The notes below the pieces were generated by a model. That model was not told the DNA's origin. It ran no database searches and saw only the letters and a program-made list of their open reading frames with translations. Of a DNA stretch of 64,000 nt, positions 12,289 through 28,351 are shown one piece after another. The DNA is taken from assembly GCF_009914755.1 (NCBI RefSeq), contig NC_060934.1; one strand, written 5' to 3'. The position numbers and the translations under genes were made by a program. The number at the start of each line of letters is the position of its first letter. Position 1 is the first letter of the stretch. Source of the DNA: the human T2T-CHM13v2.0 reference genome, Homo sapiens.

Positions 12289-13850
12289 AAAGTAATCAGT
12301 TAAACTATTTGGAAATGAAGTTAGCATAGGCAATGTCAAAGGGCATATGTATATGTAATGGCAGATTACAACTGACAGCATAAACTATTTCTAAAAAGAC
12401 TTAAGGATATTTGTAGTCTTTTTAACTTATAGGTGCCATTTGCACCTCAAGATTGACCTAATGGTAGTAGTTTTATGCCACAGTAAATGCTTAAATATAT
12501 TTTCTGTAACCAAAATGCATTAACTTATTCAATGTTTTTATGATCTACTCTGAATGTCTCTTTTAAGAGCTAATTTTATCCCAATACTGGCTTAATACAT
12601 TCTTTTGTTTCTGAACAGATTTTTAAAAGAACGGTTGGCATTGAGAGCATTCTCCCTTTTCAGATGCATTCAAAAATGCTAAACAGCCAGGGTGGCTTCA
12701 CAGGCAAATCAGATAAGGAGCTTTGTTAAATCCAGGCAAAGTGGTGTTGCATCTCCAAATTGAAATTGTCAAGCTTCTAATTAAATTGAGAAGGTAGTTC
12801 ATTCTTTGGATATGAAGAATCATTCCAATGGGCCACTGATATAATTGGCACAGTAGATTTGTCCTTTGTCAATGTTCCGTTAGAATGTGACAACAAAAGA
12901 CAACAACTTAAGTTGAAAGGGGAGAAATCAATGCATGAAATAACTAAAAGAAAAGTAAATGTAACACTACAGAAAGGGCCATACATAAAAGGAAATATGA
13001 CATTTATTCAGTTATAATCTTGTCCTGTCAAAAAGCATCTATAAGATGCTTTTTTTCCTAAAGCTAATTTTTTTCTGAAGGAGATACTCTAGGCCAGAAA
13101 CATTTTATATCCCGTAAAAAGAAATAATCACAAACAATGCCAATTCAGGTGGCTACTCAGAATTCCTTTTACTTTTATTTAAAATGACCTATTATAAAAA
13201 TATACATATTGGTAATAATCCTAATATTTAGCTATCCTTCAACCATGTTGACTTAAGGCAAATGCTTAGCTGAAGAACCAATTTTCCAAAATATTACAGC
13301 CCTAATTAAACAGATTCAGAAAAATTAGTATATTCTTTCCCATGTAGAGCCAGCAAGAGTGGGTTAGGTATGGCATGGTTCTCTCAACACCAGTGTTTCA
13401 ACCTTAGCTTCCTCTTCTCAGCACCATCAATCAGGACACTGAGATCTGCCCTCTCCATAGCGGGCTGTATAATAATATTAAACCCTGCATCTTGATTATG
13501 CTTCAGGATCTATGAGCTAAGAGTAACAAAGCACCAGCCTCCATCGTTGATCCTACACTTATGTCTTTCTTGACCATAAGCAAGGAACAACTAGGCTGCG
13601 TGAAACTAAAAGACCAAATGACATTAGTTTTACAACCCATGCAGAGCTTCCAGACCACAGATATTTTCACGTACCTATAATTTTCAACTCTTTCAATCTC
13701 GATCATTCTACCATTTTGATAATATTTGGCAATATTTAATATTTCTTAGCTCACTTCTCTCTCTACTACAGATGTCTTGCAGAACAAAATTATCCATTTC
13801 CCTAACACTGAGCCAACAGGTGACTGTCTACCATTTTTAGAGAATCCCCT

Positions 13851-14220
13851 TGTATTAGTTTGTTCTCACGCTGCTAATAAAGACATACCTGAGACTGGGT
13901 AATTTATAAAGGAAAGAGGTTTAATTGACTCACAGTTTCACAGGGCTAGGGAGGCCTCACAATCATGTCTTACATGGCAATCAAGGCAAGAAGGAACAAA
14001 GTCATGTCTTACATGGTGGCAGGCAAGAGAGTGTGTGCAGAGGAACTGCCCTGTTATAAAACCATCAGATCCTGTGAGACTTATTCACCATCATGAGAAC
14101 ATCATGGGAAAAACCTGCCCCATGATTCAATTACCTCCCACTGGGTCCCTCCCATGACACATGGGGATTACTACAATTCAAGATGAGTTTTGGGTAGGGA
14201 CACAAAGCCAAACCACAACA
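13851..14220 (-). mobile_element. MaLR solo LTR (THE1B/C-like)
   Basis: tgtattagtttgttctcacgctgctaataaagacatacctgagactggg...gggacacaaagccaaaccacaaca; TG...CA ends; imperfect TSD (cccct/ccctc). Confidence 0.92.
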
Positions 14221-14589
14221 CCCTCACTGAACAAATTAGTTTCTAGATAAATTAATGGTCCCCAACCTGAAACTAACAGAAAATGCATCTGTGTGTTTTT
14301 AGCTAATTCTTGTATCCATTCTACCCAAACACTAGTCTAAACTTCCACTTTCATCAAACCTCTAGCCCCTCATATTCCCACTTGTTCTGCAGATTACTTC
14401 ACTTACAACAAATATGAAATAAGCAAACAGACAACAACAATAAAATCGAAACAGTAAAAATGAAACTGTCCCCAACTTCTATCTTTCATTCTTATCCATT
14501 TCTATTAAAATGAAAATTATCTGGTTCTCTTCCTCTCTACCTTCTTGCAGACTTTGCACATTTAATAACTTCTTTCTTCTAATATATCT

Positions 14590-14882
14590 TTTCTTTTTTT
14601 TGAGAAGGGGTCTCGCTCTGTTGTCCAGACTGGAGTGCATTGGTGTGATCTCAGCTTACTGCAACTTCCACCTCCTGAGTTCAAGCAATTCTCATGCCTC
14701 AGCTCCCCAAGTAGCTGGCATTACAGGTGCATGCCACCATGCCTGGCTAATTTTTCTGTTTTTAGTAGAGACGGGTTTTCACCATATTGGCTAGGTCAGT
14801 CCCCAACTCCTGACCTCAGGTCATCCGCCTTCCTTGGCCTCCCAAAGTGCTGGGATTACAGGCATAAGTCACTGCACTTGGC
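14590..14882 (-). mobile_element. AluS (Sx/Sz-like)
   Basis: Full dimer in reverse orientation; TSD ttctt(c/g)taatatatcttt on both sides. Confidence 0.93.
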
Positions 14883-15069
14883 TCTTCTTGTAATATATCT
14901 TTATTCTATTCCTTTCTACTGACTTTTTCACTGTAGTATATAAGTGTTTATAAAACCATATCTTAAAACATAGCCAGACTTATTAAAAGGTTATCTATTA
15001 TCCCTAAAACTATTTTCCTCACTTATCACTTCTTAAGCCATCTGATTCCTTTCATATAAATGCTTCCCC

Positions 15070-15255
15070 TTTATATATATGTATGTATACACATAATATA
15101 TAAAATGACACATATATATCAAATATGTGATAGGATATATAATCAGACATCTTATATATTAATATGTAATGTATGCTAGATGTATTATATAATATATAAT
15201 AGATACTAAATATATAATAGATTACATACATGTTAAATATATAACATATATGTGA
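15070..15255. repeat. AT-rich low-complexity / degenerate (TA)n tract
   Basis: Almost exclusively TA/CA dinucleotide-like sequence. Confidence 0.75.
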
Positions 15256-15289
15256 AATTTTTCAATTGGTAACCTGCATAACTGTTTTC

Positions 15290-17510
<2,221 letters not shown>

Positions 17511-18025
17511 CGCTAACATCACTTTCTCAGGGAAGAGTTCCACAATACTAAGACTAGATTGGATCCTCTTTTTTATGTTCTTATAGAAATCTATACTTCA
17601 TTTAACATTAGATTCATCAGAAGGCAATATGATCCATGTAGGTGGAGACAATGTTCTTTTTTACCCTTTTATTACTTGACACAGTCTACAGGAGATATCT
17701 GGCATATGAATAAGTTACTGGAAATATTTCTTATATAAATTGTAGAATTATTAAGTGCAGAAACCACATGCAAAATACTGTCAAAGGCAGACATGAATTC
17801 AATTATTCTCTTGTATTCTGCACAAACTGTTAATATTTTCCAGACATTTCATACCCTCACTCCATCTACCAGGAGGTTTCTGGCCTCTAAACATGGCACA
17901 AAAACCCTTGATCAAATAATGTTTCTCATTATTTATGTTTAAAACTCAGAATGCAAATCTGTTGGAAGTCATGCTTGTCAGAAAGTTCCAAAGTCCCAAA
18001 TTCCCACTTTTAGATTATTATTTCT

Positions 18026-18434
18026 CTTTTTTTTATTATACTTTAAAGTTTTAGGGTACATGTGCACAACGTGCAGGTTAGTTACATATGTATACATGTG
18101 CTATGTTGGTGTGCTGAACCCAGCAACTCGTCATTTAACATTAGGTATATCTCCAAATGCTCTCCCTCCCCCCTCCCCTCACCCACAACAGGCCCCAGTG
18201 TGTGATGTTCCCCTTCCTGTGTCCATGTGTTCTCATTGTTCAATTCTCTCCTATGAGTGAGAACATGTGGTGTTTGGTTTTTTGTCCTTGTGATAGTTTA
18301 CTGAGAATGATGGTTTCTAGCTTCATCCATGTCCCTGCAAAGGACATGAACTCATCATTTTTTGTGTCTGCATAGTTTTCCATGGTGTATATGTGCCACA
18401 TTTTCTTAATCCAGTCTATCATTGTTGGACATTT
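18026..18434 (-). mobile_element. L1PA 3' end (L1PA4-like), ~410 bp 5'-truncated
   Basis: ttttattatactttaa..ttttagggtacatgtgcacaacgtgcagg; includes ORF2 C-terminal remnant (track 18240-18422); 3'UTR variant ctaatgttaaatgacgagtt. Confidence 0.92.
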
Positions 18435-18704
18435 ATTAAAAACTAACTTCTTGAGAAATATGTCTTATTGGCCCAAGAATAAAACATCAGTTTTATAGTC
18501 GACAACCTGTGTTTGAGTCCCAACTCTGCCACATTCTAAATACAAAGCCTGGGGAGAAATCAATTAGCATATCTTGGACTCAGTTTCCTTTCAGCATAAT
18601 TACAATACAAATACATTTCAGTATTGTTTATTAAGATTTAATGTGATAACAGCTAATCTTAGATTTGTGTATACACATACCCATGCACATAAATGAAGCT
18701 ATAG

Positions 18705-19036
<332 letters not shown>

Positions 19037-19326
19037 TAAGGTGAACTGGAAAATAATATTACACCAAATTTGAGGATTTTGGTGGAATAAAGCTTAGGAC
19101 AAATTCTACCCACGGTTGAAAATCCAGAAACAGCACAAGAACATTTCTTGACAATTAGAGGTGAAGGGGCAGGTACTGTGACTCTTTCCCATTATCCACA
19201 ACACATTTGTGTGCACATGCATGTGCACACACCTGTACTTACACACACATAAGTATGTACACACACTTCACACACTTTTCAAAATAGTGTGAGGTCAGCT
19301 CGGTTAATCACAATCCTTTTGGTGAG

Positions 19327-19620
19327 TGTATCAGTCAGAGCTCAGTAAAAAAAAAAAAAAAAAAAAAAAAAACAGAAACTACTGTAGGTGCTTCAAACAT
19401 GGAATTTAACACAAGAAATTAATTATATAGGCAACGGAAAAACTAAGAAGCCAAATGTAAAGCAACCCTCACTTCACCATCAGCCCAAGTTGTTACCATC
19501 CTGGTGCTGAAGGAAATGGAGAAGATGAACCCATGCCAAGTAGATAAACTAACACAAATAAATGATTGCTTGTCAGCAGTCTGTCAATTTTCTCCCATTG
19601 GTTAACTCTAGCTGAAAATC
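19327..19620. mobile_element. Degenerate MLT1-like LTR containing an A26 run (19347-19372)
   Basis: Starts tgtatcagtcag...cagaaactactgtagg...ggaatttaa as in MLT1 LTRs; distal boundary uncertain. Confidence 0.45.
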
Positions 19621-21229
19621 AGTAAGTAGTCAAAACATCTTGACTAGGAAAATGTTCTGAGAGTAAAAGTAACCATGACTAGCAAAATGGATTTTTAGCC
19701 TGAGCATGCATATCCCCTCATTTTTAGTATGTCGTGATTTCATTCTTAAAATCTCATAGTAGTTAATTTTTTTATTTCTGTGATTATAATATTGAGTATG
19801 CTTAAAAAATAAAGTTCACACATTCATACTCTCATTCAAAGAAATGTTTGTACAAAATCAACATTTTGTATAAATGTCATCTTCTCTACCTCCATCACTA
19901 GAAAAAAAATATGATAGAGGGATGGGCTTTAGCTCTCAGCCCTTTTACATATTCTTGATCCTTAAGATGCTGTCAAATATGCCTATTCATCTCTATACAA
20001 ATTCCAGTATTTTGTTGGGAAAATAGAGGCTGCAAGAGCAATGGGATGCATAGATTAATTGTAAATTAATACTTATACACATAAGTATATATACTGTACA
20101 TGTTTATATAAAGAATATGGTTTTCTGATTTTTAAATAAAACATCAGCTTCTCTATTTTTTTGAAATACAGCTGAAGTTTTGCCACATGTTGAAAATTTC
20201 CTTCATGACCCAGATTTTTCAGGGTCTTTGAAGATTCAACCATGGTTTAACTTGACCCTATAAACTATGTCATTGGCTCTATTACTAAATTAATAGCTGA
20301 CTTTCACAATTATCTATAAAGTGAGAGCTATACTGAAAAGATGACTAGCTTTAGACAATTGCAACAACAAAATCAATGATAAAGGTACCAGTTTTCAGGG
20401 CTCTTGTGTGCTTTTGAAATACATATCTTTCTCGTAGTCTCATTTAACTGGTAGATGTGGGCACTGCCATAGCGCCTTGCCTGCTAGGAACTACAAACAT
20501 TACAATATGTACTATGTCAGTTGTTTAAACATAGGTTAAGCAGCAGCAGCATTAACTCATACCATTATTGCTTCATCAACACACTGGAAGTAAAGGGAAG
20601 CAGATAACAAGACAGTACGGTGCTTTGGAAATTATTCCAGAGATGCCTGGAGCAACAAGGTTGTTATCTCAGATGTGAGGCATAGAATATGTCAGGTGTA
20701 AAAAATGCACCCTGAGGAAAACAATTAAAGTGACTGTCTTCTATTTATTTGAGACTCACACACTCTGTACCTAAGTGAATATCAGAGGTTGGAGAAGTGT
20801 CTGTGATCGGGAAATATTAAAGAGTTCTGTTCCTGAATTTAGTCTCTCTTCAAATCAGAAGTCTCTCTCTTCCTGCCTAGAGTGTCTTATAAAACACAAA
20901 CAATCTTCCAGAGTCTTTCTATAGATCAGCACAGCTGTCTCCTAGCTGAGAGGACGAGGTTCAAACACATTTCAGAGCAGCTGGTTGTTGGCTTCCCAGC
21001 TGCTTAGGAAACAGGAAATTTTATTGGCAGCAATCCCCAACCTGAAAGCAGTAGGCATCTAAACTAATCCCCAGGCATTGGAATTCAGCAACCAGGAGAA
21101 GCAAGAAGCCATGTGTGGTTTTTAATCACTGTGATGTTGGTCTTTGTGTAAATTCAAAGAATAAAGTTCTCAAGGTTACGTGGATGACCATGTAGGTGAG
21201 AGGGTGTGTGTAAGCTGAAGGGAGGAGGG

Positions 21230-21410
21230 AAGTAGAGCTGAGGGGTTAAGAATAGGGACTCTGGAGGTAAACTACACAAATTCAAACAAATTCTTTCTCT
21301 CTCTGAGTCTGTTTTCTCCTCTGTTAAATGGAAAACCAACGACATCTACCTTATAGGGTTGTCAGAAGGACAGAACGTGAGGATCCAGATTAATGATATA
21401 GCAGAATGGG
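21230..21410 (+). mobile_element. MIR
   Basis: ggttaagaatagggactctggagg...ctctctgagtctgttttctcctctgttaaatgg...tctaccttatagggttgt. Confidence 0.7.
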
Positions 21411-21569
21411 ATGTATATATCCTGTTTCATTGTCATTACTATGATTGTCAAGGTTTTGAAAACAACAATAACACTCCTTTATCAATTGTTATTGCAAAAA
21501 CTGAAAGAATGCACAAAGCTGAATTTGTAATAATGGCTCCCATTTTGTAAACTTGTGTCAAGACCATAT

Positions 21570-21775
21570 GCTTTAAAATATTATCTATAATCCTAGTAAC
21601 AGCCTTGTGATGTAGGTATTATTTTTCCCACTTATTAGATAAGGTATCTAAGAACTATGACTCAGATAATTTCAGTGCCTTGCCCAAGGTAACACAGATA
21701 GTAAGAGGTAAACTTGGGATTAATTCCAAATCGCCGTAACTCCAAAGCCCTCATTCTCTCAACCATCTTGTGCTG
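21570..21775 (-). mobile_element. MIR
   Basis: aacagccttgtgatgtaggtattatt...cttgcccaaggtaacacagatagtaag...actccaaagcc. Confidence 0.7.
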
Positions 21776-22909
21776 CTACTTTTTTGAGAAAAGGAAATAT
21801 TTTGTAGCTCATTGAAAAGATCTCTTAATTGGGACTGTTTTGTCCTGGCTAAGGTCTCCCAACACAGTCTTCTTATTCTACCTCTGAATACTTTGCACTA
21901 AGATATTCTTCCTCTCTAGTTTGGGAGTCTTTTTAAAATTTTTTAAAAATCCTTCATCATTGAACTTTGTCCCCACTTGGTTTTTCTGAATGGTGCTCCC
22001 CAGCTTCTCTTGTCCTCCAGAAACATGTGCCAAATGTGATTGCTCGCTCATTCTACTGCACCTTAATTGCACCATTTCAAGGGGAAGATTGACTTTTGTG
22101 ATTAAAAACTGCTTGAATTTCTGGGCAATCCTCATATGAACTGACCCCAATTTTTGAATGCTATATGCCTAATAATAGACTGAATGGTGCGTGTATGTAT
22201 GCGCTTTCCACTTTAGATTCCCTGGGTTTTGTCTTCTCTTTTAAATCTAACTGTTCAATTTGAATATCCATAGATAAAAAAAATACAACAATATAATGAT
22301 AATAGCACAATGGTCACAAAGAAAGAAGAGGGTTGTCCTCTAGAAGAAAGCTTTTAACCTAGGGGTCCAGACACATTGGTGCATTTCAATTATTTGTGAC
22401 ATGTCTCACAAGAGCCATAATTTGATAGTAATAATAATAGTTCAAATATTGAAATTAGAAAATGATTTACTGTTTTCTCACAAATTGGAGTGGCTTCAAG
22501 GTTATCCCTCTAATTATGCCCTTTTACTCACTTGCATTCTGATATACTTCCTGGAGCAGGAAAGAAAGGGGAAGGGCTAAAGCTAGTTTCCTAGGAATCA
22601 AGCTTAGAAGCCCACCTTATTAAGACAGTGTTCAGTGAAATGGGCCTACTCATAAGAAATGTGTTCTGCATGTGAATGTGCATCATAGCAAAAAAACGAA
22701 AAGTAAACATTTGAGATTGTCTTCTCCAGGAACTAGAGATTAGGACTAAACAGATTAATTGCCTTTAAGATCTTCCTCATAACACCAGTGTAAAAAAAAA
22801 TGGCCATGTTCTAAGATCCCAGATTCAAGGTCTAAAGTATTTTTAATAACCTGTCTTACCCATTTAATAAGTTTTCAATTCATTTTCATTCATCTTCCAC
22901 AATGTCTTC

Positions 22910-23345
22910 TGTGGCAGACACTATTTGCCCATTTTTCCTTGATAATGATAACCTGATTTTATTCAGGCAATTAAACCAGACCTGACCTTTTACAACTGAT
23001 TGGTCTAGAGGTGTTTCATGTGACCCAGTCCCGACCAGCTGGGTAGGAGGAAATCTGCTGGAGTGGTTCTGGCACAGATTCTTTTTTGCATGTCATATAA
23101 AGAGAATGCTCAGTCTCTTACTTCTTAAGTGATGGTGTAAAAACATGAAATTTAGAGCTGCTGTATCCATATTGAAATTATGAGGAAACACATAACAGTA
23201 AGAAACAAATGATGATAGAAGGAAATGTTAAATAATCTAGGTTTAATGACATTATTAAACTTTGTAATAACCATAATCTGGACTTCTTGTTATGATTTAA
23301 GTCATTGATAATAAGATTTGTTACTTGCAATTAAAAGTACTCCTT
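22910..23345 (+). mobile_element. Old ERVL-class solo LTR (LTR16/LTR33-like)
   Basis: tgtggcagacac start, catgtgacccagt core, ggacttcttgttatg...tgttacttgcaattaaaagt end. Confidence 0.5.
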
Positions 23346-25799
23346 TTCCAAATCCCATTTTCATTTCTCTATTTCCAGCCTAAAATAGTTCAGATGAAGA
23401 CAACGTAATCAGTCTCTTAGATGAGGTTCCACATTCTAACCATCTTGGTAACTTCAGCTGCAGCTGTTTCTCTCCAGCACTAGTTGCTTCACATCACACC
23501 CATGTTCAAAAATATGCAGACTCTCCTTGCTCTGGATATTCATGCTGTGGGCACTCGGTGTAGCACTGGCTTATCTAACTCCCAGGTCATAACTTTACTT
23601 AAGCATGACTAGTCCATTTGCTGTTGCTCATCTACAACTAGTTGATCCTGCCTTCATAATTTGAATTCTAAATTATTATTTTATCGATGGAATCACACTC
23701 ACCCCACTCACATCTATTTTGATCTTTAAAATCCAGAGTTTTGAAGCAAAGTTTTTGTTACTTCAATAAAAACAGTGTTTGTAGGTATGGATCAAATCAA
23801 CATGGTATTGAGATATTGTTTAACAATTCCCTCAGAAAGAAATACAAAAATATGGGCAGAGAGGTCAATCAAAAAAGGAGGATGACACACTGAGAGAATG
23901 GCTGCATGGAGGAACCAAAGGAAAGCCCCTTTAATAAGTAAAAGATCTTGGGCACCAGGAGGTCAGAGTTTTCATCCTAGGTAATCATTGATTGAGGACC
24001 GATATAAGATGGCCATTGATTTTAGGGCGCTCTGTAGCCTTTTAGAGAAAATACTGGGGCTTAGTAGTGCAGAATTCAAAATCTCATAGCCTAAGAGAAA
24101 CACAGTAACACTGAGTGAGGAGTCAGCCAAGCAAAGAAGTAGCAGTGCCCAGTGTGTCCATATGACTGTCCCCTATTCACTCCCATGAGCAGCTGAAATG
24201 ATAAGACATGTACAAGCCAGTGCAATTTGAGTTATTCCTGTTCATATAACATGATATGTATAACACTTGGATTGCTAAGCTCTAGAAAATTTTTGGCTAC
24301 AACAGTAGTCCGTTGTCCTAAGAAACTATATTTCAACGTATCTTCAATCTTTTGAAAAATCTACCATTCAAAGGAAGAATAAAGAATTTGTTTTGCAAGA
24401 AGATGCTAAAATGTGTTTTCGTAGGCTCCTATTATTTCAAGATTTTCAGAGATGGATCTGCCAATGTCATGGAGATAATTTGCACTAACTTGGTTTTTTT
24501 TAATCTTATCGTTCTGCTTATAATCATGCCATGCTTCTGTTTTGTTCTCTTTTAAAATATCTGGTTATTATGCCTTGATTTATTTGAATTAAGCAGAAAC
24601 GGTGACAGAGGCAACTTGTCCTGTGCTAGAGTTTTGGTGATTTGAAAAGACTGGTTTTTATTTTTACAGAAATCTTATTGAAAATGTTCCAGTTAAGGAA
24701 AACCTGCTCTAGAAGTGATGCAGACAATGCAGTTTAAATGATGAGAAAATGTGGTGAATGCTAATGTTTTATAGCTTTTAATTATTTTGTCCTTTGGGTT
24801 CAGCGAAATGGTTGTGTATCTTAGGGTCACGGAGAACATTCATTTTCTAAGTGTGTGTGTGTAATTTTTCTTCTTTATTTCTTTGTTAATTTTTTAAATT
24901 GACAGATAATATTTTATGTTTTTATCAAGCACAACATGCATTCTAGCTTATGGAAAGGCTTTTGCACTGAGTATAGAAGGCTAGGGGTATTTTCAGTGGG
25001 TGAACTTTTATGGATAATGATATGACCAAGCTATAGGGCAGCGTTTATGAATGCATATTTTATTGGAACTGATAAAGAAGTGAGATGGTCTGTGGAATAG
25101 ACAGTCAAGAGTTTAGATAGTGAGGTTTTTGCAACAGCATGGAAAGAAAAGTATCAATCTTGCTTCTTTGTTCAGATACCTGATGTATCTTGGTTTCAGG
25201 CTTTTCAATTTATTGTTCAAAATGCTACCAGGGAAGACAAATGACTAACTCCAGTTGTCTTGTAACAACAGTAAAGCTTTGGTTAGGGAGTTTACAATTG
25301 GACTTAGAAGACAGACTGCGCAAGTTCTTCAAATCCAAATTTAATAATAGATAAATGTTGATTAGGATTCTTTATTTTCTTAAGTTAACTTTTAGTATCT
25401 GGTATTAATGTAGTTAGGTGCAAAAGAGTTCTATGAATTTGCAAGTACCACAGTCAAATAATTGTTTTGAATATATAAACAACCATGAAACCAAATATAT
25501 TTATGAAATAATACAGTAGTTGTTGCTTTGTATTAACGCTATAAAAGGGGTCTAGAAGTAGACTCTTGATGGCATCAAGCTGTCTTGAAGTCCCTATTAC
25601 TCTCATTTGGGCCAATAAAATTATACATTATTTGTTGGACAGTGTCTACAACTCCAATGAACATTCATACGCTGAAGAATTCCACATCTTCAGCTCTGAC
25701 ATTTGGGTTCCATTATTATCATATTTCCAATTGCCTTTTGGAAATTTACACTTAGATGTGCTATAAGGATCTCAAATGCAAGCCAAACTTTCTCCCCAG

Positions 25800-26205
25800 C
25801 AGTGTAGCATAATGATTAAAAGTGATTAAAAACACAGACTTCAGAAGCAAATAGTCTATGTTGAAAACTTTTCTCTGTCACTTATTAAACAAGTGACCAT
25901 GGATGATTTATTTAACTTTTCTGGGCCTCAGTTTTCCCATCTGAAAAACAGGCATAATAATCATATCTACCTAATGAAGTAGACATGACAATTACATAAA
26001 TTATACGGTTATATATTTATTTAAACATTTGTAATAGTGTCTGGCACATACATATATTAAAAACAGGCACAATAATCATATCTACCTAATAAACTTGTTG
26101 ACATGACAATTACATAAGTTATATAACTATATATATTATATAAATATAAACATTTGTTATAGTCTGCCACATAGTATGCACTATATATAAACTTTTAAGT
26201 ACTAT
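25800..26205 (+). mobile_element. MIR with internal tandem duplication
   Basis: cagtgtagcataatgattaa...tttctgggcctcagttttcccatctgaaaaacagg; the 3' half is present twice. Confidence 0.75.
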
Positions 26206-28017
26206 TACAGTAGCCTCCAAATCTGTGCCTATTCCACTCATAGTCACCACAATGTATTTATTGTATCTCCTAAAGCTCTTAAATGTAAACCCCCTTCTTT
26301 GACTTTACATCTGCCTAATTAATGCAAATCAATGTCCTTTTTACATGAACCATTGAAATAGCCTCCCATTGGTCTCATAGAGTTGTTTCCCTTTCTTTAA
26401 TTTATCCAGGATTATCTTTCTAAAATATGATTTGGATAATTACTTTCCTGTTTTACAAACTTCAAGCAGCAATAGTAACCATAGAATAAGTTCAGAGTAT
26501 TGAGCATGTTATAGTCTCAAACTATGATTTTGCCAATCTTATTTTCCACCAATACAACTTACTCACCGTTTCTTTCTCACAGTATGAAATGAAAGTCATG
26601 CTTCCATGAGTAGATGTTTGCCTTTCTTCCAAGAGTTTCTTTCTTGAATTCACACTGTTCTTTAAGACTCAGCTTGATTATCTAAGTCATTTTCCAGGGA
26701 GATGGTGATGATATCCCCAACACCATTCTCCTCTTTCAAGTAGTGATCATGACCAGTTTCTTTGTGCACCCTGTTGTATTTTGCCCATACACTGTACTCC
26801 TATTATAGCACTTACCAAAGTGAACTGCTATTGTCTTGCCCTGATCTTCACTAGGAAAATGAATATAAAACAAAAGATGTAGGATAAGAAAAACTCTAAT
26901 TGTACTTGATTGTTGGCTCACATTTAAGTAGTGATTACATTTTTTAAAAGATTCTGGAGAAATGACTATTTTTTTCTTTGATTCTGTGAATCTAATAGAT
27001 CATGACACTTTGCAAGCAGGTTTGGCATGCCAGAGTAAGCAAAGGAAGGAGTGAGAGAAGAATGCTACCTTAATCAAAACAGGTTCAGATGGACTGCCCT
27101 GTCCTATATCCAAAAAAACTCAAAAAACAAACAAAAACCATGTATTAGTTCTTCTGATGTTGTCTTTGATAAGAACTAAGAACATTAAAAAGAGGGAGGC
27201 TGCTGATTCAAATATCCTGCAAAGATTTTGAAGGAAAGCAATGATCAGGGGCCATCTCAATGAGTATGTTGAAGCTGAGGGGAAACAGTTATTTCTGGAG
27301 CAAGTTTAGAAAATGAATTGCCCTCAGAATTAGGTAGATATTGTATCCTGGAGTATTTGATTCCGTTGATACTAGAATCTTAATGCTTTGTTTCACTTTC
27401 CTGATTTTGATACTTAAACGTGCTTCGTAAACCATCTGAAACCAAAGCTACAGGATTGTCTGAATTTAACCTAATGATACCAGGGAAATAACGCATAATT
27501 ATTTCTGCTCTCCTTAGCAGAATTTAAATTCTCTCTCTTCTGTCAGAAAGATGACAAAAAAAAATGACTCATGTCAAGAATCAATTTGTCACATCTATAA
27601 CCTTGACACTATTGAAAATAAGTATATAGTGAGATGACTGGGGACTTTAAGGGGTTGGAAGAGGCTTGACAGAAGGAAGTCTGATTTATAACCTTTCTCA
27701 TCTATGAACTTTCCAAAGACTTTCATCTAATGTTCTTCCTGGATCCCAGCCCTGAATTTAGTTAACCTTTGTGGCTGTGCCAATTTATCCACACCTTTGA
27801 GTTCTATCTCACTCCAGAATATGAAACCAATCTTGGCCAAAGACAGAAGCCTATAAGGCATCTTTGGCAGGTGGCATAACAGTTTAGCATTGAGTTATTC
27901 TCCTTACCAACGGTGTGTGTTAGTGAGCCTATTCGATCCCTTATAATTGTGCTCTGAATGATAAGGGATCAAATAGGCCCACTAACACAGCTGTCAAGTA
28001 ACTGGAAGACAGCATAG

Positions 28018-28351
<334 letters not shown>

